A stretch of DNA of 64,000 nt from Eledone cirrhosa (Eukaryota). The position numbers and the translations under genes were made by a program. This document shows positions 1 through 15,000 of the stretch, piece by piece. How positions within the stretch are numbered: the first letter of the stretch is position 1; each line of letters starts with the position of its first letter. The stretch covers positions 32,054,001-32,118,000 of the forward strand of contig OZ024741.1 of the NCBI GenBank assembly GCA_964016885.1, read 5' to 3'. Below the pieces are notes generated by a model, which saw only the letters and a program-made list of their open reading frames with translations, was not told the origin of the DNA and did not search any database.

Positions 1-3000
1 CACCAACACCAGTATCGTCAAGATACCTCACCCTGACACCAACACCAGTATCGTCAAGATACCTCACTCTGACACTAACACCAATATCGTCAAGATACCT
101 CACTCTGACACCAACACCAGTATCGTCAAGATACCTCACTCTGACAACGTCACCAGTATCGTCAAGATACCTCACCCTGACAACAACACCAGTATCGTGA
201 GGACACCTCACTCTGACACCAACACCAGTATCGTCAAGATACCTCACTCTGACACCAACTCCAGTATCGTCAAGATACCTCACTCTGACAACATCACCAG
301 TATCGTCAAGATATCTCACTCTGACACCAACACCAGTATCGTCAAGATACCTCACCCTGACACCAACACCAGTATCGTCAAGATACCTCACTCTGACACC
401 AACACCAGTATCGTCAAGATACCTCACCCTGACAACAACACCAGTATCGTGAGGACACCTCACTCTGACACCAACACCAGTATCGTCAAGATACCTCACT
501 CTGACACCAACTCCAGTATCGTCAAGATACCTCACTCTGACAACATCACCAGTATCGTCAAGATATCTCACTCTGACACCAACACCAGTATCGTCAAGAT
601 ACCTCACTCTGACACCATCACCAGTATCGTCAAGATACCTCACTCTGACAACATCACCAGTATCGTCAAGATATCTCACTCTGACACCAACACCAGTATC
701 GTCAAGATACCTCACTCTGACACCAACACCAGTATCGTCAAGATACCTCACTCTGACAACATCACCAGTATCGTCAAGATACCTCACTCTGACACCAACA
801 CCAGTATCGTCAAGATACCTCACTCTGACACCAACACCAGTATCGTTAAGATACCTCACTCTGACAACATCACCAGTTTCGTCAAGATACCTCACCCTGA
901 CACCAACACCAGTATCGTCAAGATACCTCACCCTGACACCAACACCAGTATCGTCAAGATACCTCACTCTGACAACATCACCAATATCGTCAAGATACCT
1001 CACTCTGACAACATCACCAATATCATCAAGATACCTCACTCTGACACCAACACCAGTATCGTCAAGATACCTCACCCTGACACCAACACCAGTATCGTCA
1101 AGATACCTCACTCTGACAACATCACCAATATCGTCAAGATACCTCACTCTGACACCAACACCAATATCGTCAAGATACCTCACTCTGACACCAACCCCAA
1201 TATCGTCAAGATACCTCACTCTGACACCAACACCAGTATCGTCAAGACACATCACTCTGACACCAACACCAGTATCGTCAAGATACCTCACTCTGACACC
1301 AACACCAGTATCGTCAAGATACCTCACTCTGACAACATCACCAGTATCGTCAAGATACCTCACCCTGACACCAACACCAGTGTCGTCAAGACACCTCACT
1401 CTGACACCAACACCAGTATCGTCAAGATACCTCACTCTGACACCAACACCAGTATCGTCAAGATACCTCACTCTGACAACATCACCAGTATCGTCAAGAT
1501 ACCTCACCCTGACACCAACACCAGTGTCGTCAAGACACCTCACTCTGACACCAACACCAGTATTGTCAAGATAACTCACTCTGGCACCAACACCAGTATC
1601 GTCAGGACACCTCACTCTGACAACATCACCAATATCGTCAAGATACCTCACTCTGACAACATCACCAGTATCGTCAAGATACCTCACTCTGACAACATCA
1701 CCAGTATCGTCAAGATACCTCACCCTGACACCAATACCAGTATCGTCAAGATACCTCACTCTGACACCAACACCAGTATCGTCAAGATACCTCACTCTGA
1801 CACCAACACCAGTATCGTCAAGATACCTCACTCTGAGAACATCTCCAGTATCTTCAAGATACCTCACTCTGACACCAACACCAGTATCGTCAAGATACCT
1901 CACTCTGACACCAACACCAGTATCGTCAGGACACCTCACTCTGACACCAACACCAGTATCGTCAAGATACCTCACTCTGACACCAACACCAGTATCGTCA
2001 AGATACCTCACTCTGACACCAACACCAGTATCGTCAAGATACCTCACTCTGACACCAACACCAGTATCGTCAAGACACCTCACTCTGACACCAACACCAG
2101 TATCGTCAAGATACCTCACCCTGACACCAACACCAGTATCGTCAAGATACCTCACTCTGACACTAACACCAGTATCGTCAAGATACCTCACTCTGACACC
2201 AACACCAGTATCGTCAAGATACCTCACTCTGACAACGTCACCAGTATCGTCAAGATACCTCACCCTGACAACAACACCAGTATCGTGAGTACACCTCACT
2301 CTGACACCAACACCAGTATCGTCAAGATACCTCACTCTGACACCAACTCCAGTATCGTCAAGATACCTCACTCTGACAACATCACCAGTATCGTCAAGAT
2401 ATCTCACTCTGACACCAACACCAGTATCGTCAAGATACCTCACCCTGACACCAACACCAGTATCGTCAAGATACCTCACTCTGACACCAACACCAGTATC
2501 GTCAAGATACCTCACCCTGACAACAACACCAGTATCGTGAGGACACCTCACTCTGACACCAACACCAGTATCGTCAAGATACCTCACTCTGACACCAACT
2601 CCAGTATCGTCAAGATACCTCACTCTGACAACATCACCAGTATCGTCAAGATATCTCACTCTGACACCAACACCAGTATCGTCAAGATACCTCACTCTGA
2701 CACCATCACCAGTATCGTCAAGATACCTCACTCTGACAACATCACCAGTATCGTCAAGATATCTCACTCTGACACCAACACCAGTATCGTCAAGATACCT
2801 CACTCTGACACCAACACCAGTATCGTCAAGATACCTCACTCTGACAACATCACCAGTATCGTCAAGATACCTCACTCTGACACCAACACCAGTATCGTCA
2901 AGATACCTCACTCTGACACCAACACCAGTATCGTCAAGATACCTCACTCTGACAACATCACCAGTTTCGTCAAGATACCTCACCCTGACACCAACACCAG

Positions 3001-6000
3001 TGTCGTCAAGATACCTCACTCTGACACCAGCACCAGTATCGTCAAGATACCTCACTCTGACACCAACACCAGTATCGTCAAGATACCTCACTCTGACAAC
3101 ATCACCAATATCGTCAAGATACCTCACTCTGACAACATCACCAATATCGTCAAGATACCTCACTCTGACAACATCACCAGTATCGTCAAGATATCTCACT
3201 CTGACACCAACACCAGTATCGTCAAGATACCTCATTCTGACAACATCACCAGTATCGTCAGGATACCTCACTCTGACACCAACACCAGTATCGTCAAGAT
3301 ACCTCACTCTGACAACATCACCAGTAAAGTCAAGATACCTCACTCTGACACCAACACCAGTATCGTCAAGATACCTCACTCTGACACCAACACCAGTATC
3401 GTCAAGATACCTCACCCTGACACCAACACCAGTATCGTCAAGATACCTCACCCTGACACCAACACCAGTATCGTCAAGATACCTCACTCTGACACCAACA
3501 CCAGTATCGTCAAGATACCTCACTCTGACAACATCACCAGTATCGTCAAGATACCTCACCCTAACACCAACACCAGTGTCGTCAAGACACCTCACTCTGA
3601 CACCAACACCAGTATCGTCAATATACCTCACTCTGACACCAACACCAGTATCGTCAAGATACCTCACTCTGACACCAACACCAGTATCGTCAAGATACCT
3701 CACTCTGACAACATCACCAGTATCGTCAAGATACCTCACCCTGACACCAACACCAGTGTCGTCAAGACACCTCACTCTGACACCAACACCAGTATTGTCA
3801 AGATAACTCACTCTGACACCAACACCAGTATCGTCAGGACACCTCACTCTGACACCAACACCAGTATCGTCAAGACACATCACTCTGACACCAACACCAG
3901 TATCGTCAAGATACCTCACCCTGACACCAACACCAGTATCGTCAAGATACCTCACTCTGACACTAACACCAGTATCGTCAAGATACCTCACTCTGACACC
4001 AACACCAGTATCGTCAAGATACCTCACCCTGACACCAATACCAGTATCGTCAAGATACCTCACTCTGACACCAACACCAGTATCGTCAAGATACCTCACT
4101 CTGACACCAACACCAGTATCGTCAAGATACCTCACTCTGACAACATCACCAGTATCGTCAAGATACCTCACTCTGACACCAACACCAGTATCGTCAAGAT
4201 ACCTCACTCTGACACCAACACCAGTATCGTCAGGACACCTCACTCTGACACCAACACCAGTATCGTCAAGATACCTCACTCTGACACCAACACCAGTATC
4301 GTCAAGATACCTCACTCTGACACCAACACCAGTATCGTCAAGATACCTCACTCTGACACCAACACCAGTATCGTCAAGACACATCACTCTGACACCAACA
4401 CCAGTATCGTCAAGATACCTCACCCTGACACCAACACCAGTATCGTCAAGATACCTCACTCTGACACTAACACCAGTATCGTCAAGATACCTCACTCTGA
4501 CACCAACACCAGTATCGTCAAGATACCTCACTCTGACAACATCACCAGTATCCTCAAGATACCTCACCCTGACACCAACACCAGTATCGTCAAGATACCA
4601 CACTCTGACACCAACACCAGTATCGTCAAGACACATCACTCTGACACCAACACCAGTATCGTCAAGATACCTCACCCTGACACCAATACCAGTATCGTCA
4701 AGATACCTCACTCTGACACCAACACCAGTATCGTCAAGATACCTCACTCTGACACCAACACCAGTATCGTCAAGATACCTCACTCTGACAACATCACCAG
4801 TATCGTCAAGATACCTCACTCTGACACCAACACCAGTATCGTCAAGATACCTCACTCTGACACCAACTCCAGTATCGTCAGGACACCTCACTCTGACACC
4901 AACACCAGTATCGTCAAGATACCTCACTCTGACACCAACACCAGTATCGTCAAGATACCTCACTCTGACACCAACACCAGTATCGTCAAGATACCTCACT
5001 CTGACACCAACACCAGTATCGTCAAGACACATCACTCTGACACCAACACCAGTATCGTCAAGATACCTCACCCTGACACCAACACCAGTATCGTCAAGAT
5101 ACCTCATTCTGACACTAACACCAGTATCGTCAAGATACCTCACTCTGACACCAACACCAGTATCGTCAAGATACCTCACTCTGACAACATCACCAGTATC
5201 GTCAAGATACCTCACCCTGACACCAACACCAGTATCGTCAAGATACCTCACTCTGACACCAACACCAGTATCGTCAAGATACTTCACCCTGACAACAACA
5301 CCAGTATCGTGAGGACACCTCACTCTGACACCAACACCAGTATCGTCAAGATACCTCACTCTGACACCAACTCCAGTATCGTCAAGATACCTCACTCTGA
5401 CAACATCACCAGTATCGTCAAGATATCTCACTCTGACACCAACACCAGTATCGTCAAGATACCTCACTCTGACACCATCACCAGTATCGTCAAGATACCT
5501 CACTCTGATAACATCACCAGTATCGTCAAGATATCTCACTCTGACACCAACACCAGTATCGTCAAGATACCTCACTCTGACACCAACACCAGTATCGTCA
5601 AGATACCTCACTCTGACAACATCACCAGTATCGTCAAGATACCTCACTCTGACACCAACACCAGTATCGTCAAGATACCTCTCTCTGACACCAACACCAG
5701 TATCGTCAAGATACCTCACTCTGACAACATCACCAGTTTCGTCAAGATACCTCACCCTGACACCAACACCAGTATCGTCAAGATACCTCACTCTGACACC
5801 AGCACCAGTATCGTCAAGATACCTCACTCTGACACCAACACCAGTATCGTCAAGATACTTCACTCTGACAACATCACCAATATCTTCAAGATACCTCACT
5901 CTGACAACATCACCAATATCGTCAAGATACCTCACTCTGACAACATCACCAGTATCGTCAAGATATCTCACTCTGACACCAACACCAGTATCGTCAAGAT

Positions 6001-9000
6001 ACCTCACTCTGACAACATCACCAGTATCGTCAGGATACCTCACTCTGACACCAACACCAGTATCGTCAAGATACCTCACTCTGACAACATCACCAGTAAA
6101 GTCAAGATACCTCACTCTGACACCAACACGAGATATCGTCAAGATACCTCACTCTGACACCAACACCAGTATCGTCAAGATACCTCACCCTGACACCAAC
6201 ACCAGTATCGTCAAGATACCTCACCCTGACACCAACACCAGTATCGTCAAGATACCTCACTCTGACACCAACACCAGTATCGTCAAGATACCTCACTCTG
6301 ACAACATCACCAATATCGTCAAGATACCTCACTCTGACAACATCACCAATATCGTCAAGATACCTCACTCTGACACCAACACCAGTATCGTCAAGACACC
6401 TCACTCTGACACCAACACCAGTATCGTCAAGATAACTCACTCTGACACCAACACCAGTATCGTCAAGATACCTCACCCTGACAACAACACCAGTATCGTC
6501 AAGATACCTCACTCTGACACCAACACCAGTATCGTCAAGATACCTCACTCTGACACCAACACCAGTATCGTCAAGACACATCACTCTGACACCAACACCA
6601 GTATCGTCAAGATACCTCACCCTGACACCAACACCAGTATCGTCAAGATACCTCACTCTGACACTAACACCAGTATCGTCAAGATACCTCACTCTGACAC
6701 CAACACCAGTATCGTCAAGATACCTCACTCTGACAACATCACCAGTATCGTCAAGATACCTCACCCTGACACCAACAACAGTATCGTCAAGATACCTCAC
6801 TCTGACACCAACACCAGTATCGTCAAGACACATCACTCTGACACCAACACCAGTATCGTCAAGATACCTCACCCTGACACCAATACCAGTATCGTCAAGA
6901 TACCTCACTCTGACACCAACACCAGTATCGTCAAGATACCTCACTCTGACACCAACACCAGTATCGTCAAGATACCTCACTCTGACAACATCACCAGTAT
7001 CGTCAAGATACCTCACTCTGACACCAACACCAGTATCGTCAAGATACCTCACTCTGACACCAACTCCAGTATCGTCAGGACACCTCACTCTGACACCAAC
7101 ACCAGTATCGTCAAGATACCTCACTCTGACACCAACACCAGTATCGTCAAGATACCTCACTCTGACACCAACACCAGTATCGTCAAGATACCTCACTCTG
7201 ACACCAACACCAGTATCGTCAAGACACATCACTCTGACACCAACACCAGTATCGTCAAGATACCTCACCCTGACACCAACACCAGTATCGTCAAGATACC
7301 TCATTCTGACACTAACACCAGTATCGTCAAGATACCTCACTCTGACACCAACACCAGTATCGTCAAGATACCTCACTCTGACAACATCACCAGTATCGTC
7401 AAGATACCTCACCCTGACACCAACACCAGTATCGTCAAGATACCTCACTCTGACACCAACACCAGTATCCTCAGGATACTTCACCCTGACAACAACACCA
7501 GTATCGTGAGGACACCTCACTCTGACACCAACACCAGTATCGTCAAGATACCTCACTCTGACACCAACTCCAGTATCGTCAAGATACCTCACTCTGACAA
7601 CATCACCAGTATCGTCAAGATATCTCACTCTGACACCAACACCAGTATCGTCAAGATACCTCACTCTGACACCATCACCAGTATCGTCAAGATACCTCAC
7701 TCTGACAACATCACCAGTATCGTCAAGATATCTCACTCTGACACCAACACCAGTATCGGCAAGATACCTCACTCTGACACCAACACCAGTATCGTCAAGA
7801 TACCTCACTCTGACAACATCACCAGTATCGTCAAGATACCTCACTCTGACACCAACACCAGTATCGTCAAGATACCTCACTCTGACACCAACACCAGTAT
7901 CGTCAAGATACCTCACTCTGACAACATCACCAGTAAAGTCAAGATACCTCACCCTGACACCAACACCAGTATCGTCAAGATACCTCACTCTGACACCAGC
8001 ACCAGTATCGTCAAGATACCTCACTCTGACACCAACACCAGTATCGTCAAGATACCTCACTCTGACAACATCACCAATATCGTCAAGATACCTCACTCTG
8101 ACAACATCACCAATATCGTCAAGATACCTCACTCTGACACCAACACCAGTATCGTCAAGATACCTCACCCTGACACCAACACCAGTATCGTCAAGATACC
8201 TCACCCTGACACCAACACCAGTATCGTCAAGATACCTCACTCTGACACCAACACCAGTATCGTCAAGATACCTCACTCTGACAACATCACCAATATCGTC
8301 AAGATACCTCACTCTGACAACATCACCAATATCGTCAAGATACCTCACTCTGACACCAACACCAGTATCGTCAAGACACCTCACTCTGACACCAACACCA
8401 GTATCGTCAAGATAACTCACTCTGACACCAACACCAGTATCGTCAAGATACCTCACCCTGACAACAACACCAGTATCGTCAAGATACCTCACTCTGACAA
8501 CAACACCAGTATCGTCAAGATACCTCACTCTGACACCCACACCAGTATCGTCAAGACACATCACTCTGACACCAACACCAGTATCGTCAAGATACCTCAC
8601 CCTGACACCAACACCAGTATCGTCAAGATACCTCACTCTGACACTAACACCAGTATCGTCAAGATACCTCACTCTGACACCAACACCAGTATCGTCAAGA
8701 TACCTCACTCTGACAACATCACCAGTATCGTCAAGATACCTCACCCTGACACCAACACCAGTATCGTCAAGATACCTCACTCTGACACCAACACCAGTAT
8801 CGTCAAGATACCTCACCCTGACAACAACACCAGTATCGTGAGGACACCTCACTCTGACACCAACACCAGTATCGTCAAGATACCTCACTCTGACACCAAC
8901 TCCAGTATCGTCAAGATACCTCACTCTGACAACATCACCAGTATCGTCAAGATATCTCACTCTGACACCAACACCAGTATCGTCAAGATACCTCACTCTG

Positions 9001-12000
9001 ACACCATCACCAGTATCGTCAAGATACCTCACTCTGACAACATCACCAGTATCGTCAAGATATCTCACTCTGACACCAACACCAGTATCGTCAAGATACC
9101 TCACTCTGACACCAACACCAGTATCGTCAAGATACCTCACTCTGACAACATCACCAGTATCGTCAAGATACCTCACTCTGACACCAACACCAGTATCGTC
9201 AAGATACCTCACTCTGACACCAACACCAGTATCGTCAAGATACCTCACTCTGACAACATCACCAGTTTCGTCAAGATACCTCACCCTGACACCAACACCA
9301 GTATCGTCAAGATACCTCACTCTGACACCAGCACCAGTATCGTCAAGATACCTCACTCTGACACCAACACCAGTATCGTCAAGATACCTCACTCTGACAA
9401 CATCACCAATATCGTCAAGATACCTCACTCTGACAACATCACCAATATCGTCAAGATACCTCACTCTGACAACATCACCAGTATCGTCAAGATATCTCAC
9501 TCTGACACCAACACCAGTATCGTCAAGATACCTCACTCTGACAACATCACCAGTATCGTCAGGATACCTCACTCTGACACCAACACCAGTATCGTCAAGA
9601 TACCTCACTCTGACAACATCACCAGTAAAGTCAAGATACCTCACTCTGACACCAACACCAGTATCGTCAAGATACCTCACTCTGACACCAACACCAGTAT
9701 CGTCAAGATACCTCACCCTGACACCAACACCAGTATCGTCAAGATACCTCACCCTGACACCAACACCAGTATCGTCAAGATACCTCACTCTGACACCAAC
9801 ACCAGTATCGTCAAGATACCTCACTCTGACAACATCACCAATATCGTCAAGATACCTCACTCTGACACCAACACCAGTATCGTCAAGACACCTCACTCTG
9901 ACACCAACACCAGTATCGTCAAGATAACTCACTCTGACACCAACACCAGTATCGTCAAGATACCTCACCCTGACAACAACACCAGTATCGTCAAGATACC
10001 TCACTCTGACACCAACACCAGTATCGTCAAGATACCTCACTCTGACAACATCACCAGTATCGTCAAGATACCTCACCTTGACACCAACACCAGTATCGTC
10101 AAGATACCTCACCCTGACACCAACACCAGTATCGTCAAGATACCTCACTCTGACACCAACACCAGTATCGTCAAGATACCTCACTCTGACAACATCACCA
10201 GTATCGTCAAGATACCTCACCCTGACACCAACACCAGTATCGTCAAGATACCTCACTCTGACACCAACACCAGCATCGTCAAGATACCTCACCCTGACAC
10301 CAACACCAGTATCGTCAAGATACCTCACCCTGACACCAACACCAGTATCGTCAAGATACCTCACTCTGACACCAACACCAGTTTCGTCAAGACACCTCAC
10401 TCTGACACCAACACCAGTATCGTCAAGATAACTCACTCTGACACCAACACCAGTATCGTCAAGATACCACACCCTGACAACAACACCAGTATCGTCAAGA
10501 TACCTCACTCTGACACCAACACCAGTATCGTCAAGATACCTCACTCTGACAACATCACCAGTATCGTCAAGATACCTCACCCTGACACCAACACCAGTAT
10601 CGTCAGGATACCTCACCCTGACACCAACACCAGTATCGTCAAGATAACTCACTCTGTCACCAACACCAGTATCGTCAAGATACCTCACCCTGACAACAAC
10701 ACCAGTATCGTCAAGATACCTCACTCTGACACCAACACCAGTATCGTCAAGATACCTCACCCTGACACCAACACCAGTATCGTCAAGATACCTCACCCTG
10801 ACACCAACACCAGTATCGTCAAGATACCTCACTCTGACACCAACACCAGTATCGTCAAGATACCTCACTCTGACAACATCACCAGTATCGTCAAGATACC
10901 TCACCCTGACACCAACACCAGTATCGTCATGATACCTCACTCTGACACCAACACCAGTATCGTGAAGATACCTCACCCTGACACCAACACCAGTATCGTC
11001 AAGATACCTCACCCTGACAACAACACCAGTATCGTCAGGACACCTCACTCTGACACCAACACCAGTATCGTCAAGATTCCTCACTCTGACAACATCACCA
11101 GTATCGTCAAGATATCTCACTCTGACACCAACACCAGTATCGTCAGGATACCTCACTCTGACACCATCACCAGTATCGTCAAGATACCTCACTCTGACAA
11201 CATCACCAGTATCGTCAAGATATCTCACTCTGACACCAACACCAGTATCGTCAAGATACCTCACTCTGACACCAACACCAGTATCGTCAAGATACCTCAC
11301 TCTGACAACATCACCAGTATCGTCAAGATACCTCACTCTGACACCAACACCAGTATCGTCAAGATACCTCACTCTGACACCAACACCAGTATCGTCAAGA
11401 TACCTCACTCTGACAACATCACCAGTATCGTCAAGATACCTCACTCTGACACCAACACCAGTATCGTCAAGATACCTCACTCTGACACCAACACCAGTAT
11501 CGTCAAGATACCTCACTCTGACACCAACACCAGTATCGTCAAGATACCTCACTCTGACAACATCACCAATATCGTCAAGATACCTCACTCTGACAACATC
11601 ACCAATATCGTCAAGATACCTCACTCTGACAACATCACCAGTATCGTCAAGATATCTCACTCTGACACCAACACCAGTATCGTCAAGATACCTCACTCTG
11701 ACAACAACACCAGTATCGTCAGGATACCTCACTCTGACACCAACACCAGTATCGTCAAGATACCTCACTCTGACAACATCACCAGTAACGTCAAGATACC
11801 TCACTCTGACACCAACACCAATATCGTCAAGATACCTCACTCTGACAACATCACCAGTATCGTCAAGATATCTCACCCTGACACCAACCCCAGTATCGTC
11901 AAGATACCTCACTCTGACACCATCCCCAGTATCGTCAAGATACCTCACTCTGACACCAACACCAGTATCGTCATGATACCTCACTCTGACACCAACACCA

Positions 12001-15000
12001 GTATCGTCAAGATACCTCACTCTGACACCAACACCAGTATCGTCAAGATACCTCACCCTGACACCAACACCAGTATCGTCAAGATACCTCACTCTGACAC
12101 CAACACCAGTATCGTCAAGATACCTCACTCTGACAACATCACCAATATCGTCAAGATACCTCACTCTGACAACATCACCAATATCGTCAAGATACCTCAC
12201 TCTGACACCAACACCAGTATCGTCAAGATACCTCACTCTGACACCAGCACCAGTATCGTCAAGATACCTCACTCTGACAACATCACCAGTATCGTCAAGA
12301 TACCTCACCCTGACACCAACACCAGTATCGTCAAGATACCTCACTCTGACACCAACACCAGTATCGTCAAGATACCTCACTCTGACACCAACACCAGTAT
12401 CGTCAAGATACCTCACTCTGACAACATCACCAGTATCGTCAAGATACCTCACCCTGACACCAACACCAGTATCGTCAAGATACCTCACTCTGACACCAAC
12501 ACCAGTATCGTCAAGATACCTCACCCTGACACCAACACCAGTATCGTCAGGATACCTCACCCTGACACCAACACCAGTATCGTCAGGATACCTCACTCTG
12601 ACACCAACCCTTTTTTCGTCAAGATACATAACTCTGACACCAACACCAGTATCGTCAAGATACCTCACTCTGACACCAACACCAGTATCGTCAAGATACC
12701 TCACTCTGACACCAACACCAGTATCGTCAAGATACCTCACTCTGACACCAACACCAGTATCGTCAAGATACCTCACTCTGACAACATCACCAGTATCGTC
12801 AAGATACCTCACCCTGACACCAACATCAGTATCGTCAAGATACCTCACTCTGACACCAACACCAATATCGTCAAGATACCTCACTCTGACACCAACACCA
12901 GTATCGTCAAGATACCTCACTCTGACACCAACACCAGTATCGTCAAGATACCTCACTCTGACAACATCACCATTATCGTCAGGATACCTCACTCTGACAC
13001 CAACACCAGTATCGTCAAGATACCTTACTCTGACAACATCACCAGTAACGTCAAGATACCTCACTCTGACATCAACACCAGTATCGTCAAGATACCTCAC
13101 TCTGACACCAACACCAGTATCGTCAAGATACCTCACTCTGACACCAACCCCAGTATCGTCAAGATACCTCACTCTGACACCAACACCAGTATCGTCAAGA
13201 TACCTCACTCTGACACCAACACCAGTATCGTCAACATACCTCACTCTGACACAAACACCAGTATCGTCAAGATACCTCACTCTGACACCAACACCAGTAT
13301 CGTCAAGATACCTCACCCTGACACCAACACCAGTATCGTCAAGATACCTCACCCTGACACCAACACCATTATCGTAAAGATACCTCACTCTGACACCAAC
13401 ACCAGTATCGTCAAGATACCTCACTCTGTCACCAACACCAGTATCGTCAAGATACCTCACCCTGACACCAACACCAGTATCGTCAAGATACCTCACTCTG
13501 ACACCAACACCAGTATCGTCAAGATACCTCACTCTGACACCAACACCAGTATCGTCAAGATACCTCACCCTGACACCAACACCAGTATCGTCAAGATACC
13601 TCACTCTGACACCAACACCAGTATCGTCAAGATACCTCACTCTGACACCAACACCAGTATCGTCAAGATACCTCACTCTGACACCAACACCAGTATCGTC
13701 AAGATACCTCACTCTGACACCAACACCAGTATCGTCAAGATACCTCACTCTGACAACATCACCAGTATCGTCAAGATACCTCACCCTGACACCAACACCA
13801 GTATCGTCAAGATACCTCACTCTGACACCAACACCAGTATCGTCAAGATACCTCACCCTGACACCAACACCAGTATCGTCAGGATACCTCACCCTGACAC
13901 CAACACCAGTATCGTCAGGATACCTCACTCTGACACCAACCCCAGTATCGTCAAGATACATAACTCTGACACCAACACCAGTATCGTCAAGATACCTCAC
14001 TCTGACACCAACACCAGTATCGTCAAGATACCTCACTCTGACACCAACACCAGTATCGTCAAGATACCTCACCCTGACACCAACACCAGTATCGTAAAGA
14101 TACCTCACTCTGACACCAACACCAGTATCGTCAAGATACCTCACTCTGACACCAACACCAGTATCGTCAAGATACCTAACTCTGACACCAACACCAGTAT
14201 CGTCAAGATACCTCACCCTGACACCAACACCAGTATCGTCAAGATACCTCACTCTGACACCAACACCAGTATCGTCAAGATACCTCACTCTGACACCAAC
14301 ACCAGTATGGTCAAGATAACTCACCCTGACACCAACACCAGTATCGTCAAGATACCTCACTCTGACACCAACACCAGTATCGTCAAGATACCTCACCCTG
14401 ACACCAACACCAGTATCGTCAAGATACCTCACTCTGACACCAACACCAGTATCGTCAAGATACCTCACTCTGACACCAACACCAGTATCGTCAAGATACC
14501 TCACTCTGACAACATCACCAGTATCGTCAAGATACCTCACTCTGATACCAACACCAGTATCGTCAAGATACCTCACTCTGACACCAACACCAGTATCGTC
14601 AAGATATCTCACTCTGACAACATCACCAGTATCGTCAAGATACCTCACTCTGACAACATCACCAGTATCGTCAAGATACCTCACTCTGACACCAACACCA
14701 GTATCGTCAAGATACCTCACTCTGACACCAACACCAGTATCGTCAAGATACCTCACTCTGACAACATCACCAATATCGTCAAGATACCTCACTCTGACAA
14801 CATCACCAATATCGTCAAGATACCTCACTCTGACAACATCACCAGTATCGTCAAGATATCTCACTCTGACACCAACACCAGTATCGTCAAGATACCTCAC
14901 TCTGACAACATCACCAGTATCGTCAGGATACCTCACTCTGACACCAACACCAGTATCGTCAAGATACCTCACTCTGACAACATCACCAGTAACGTCAAAA

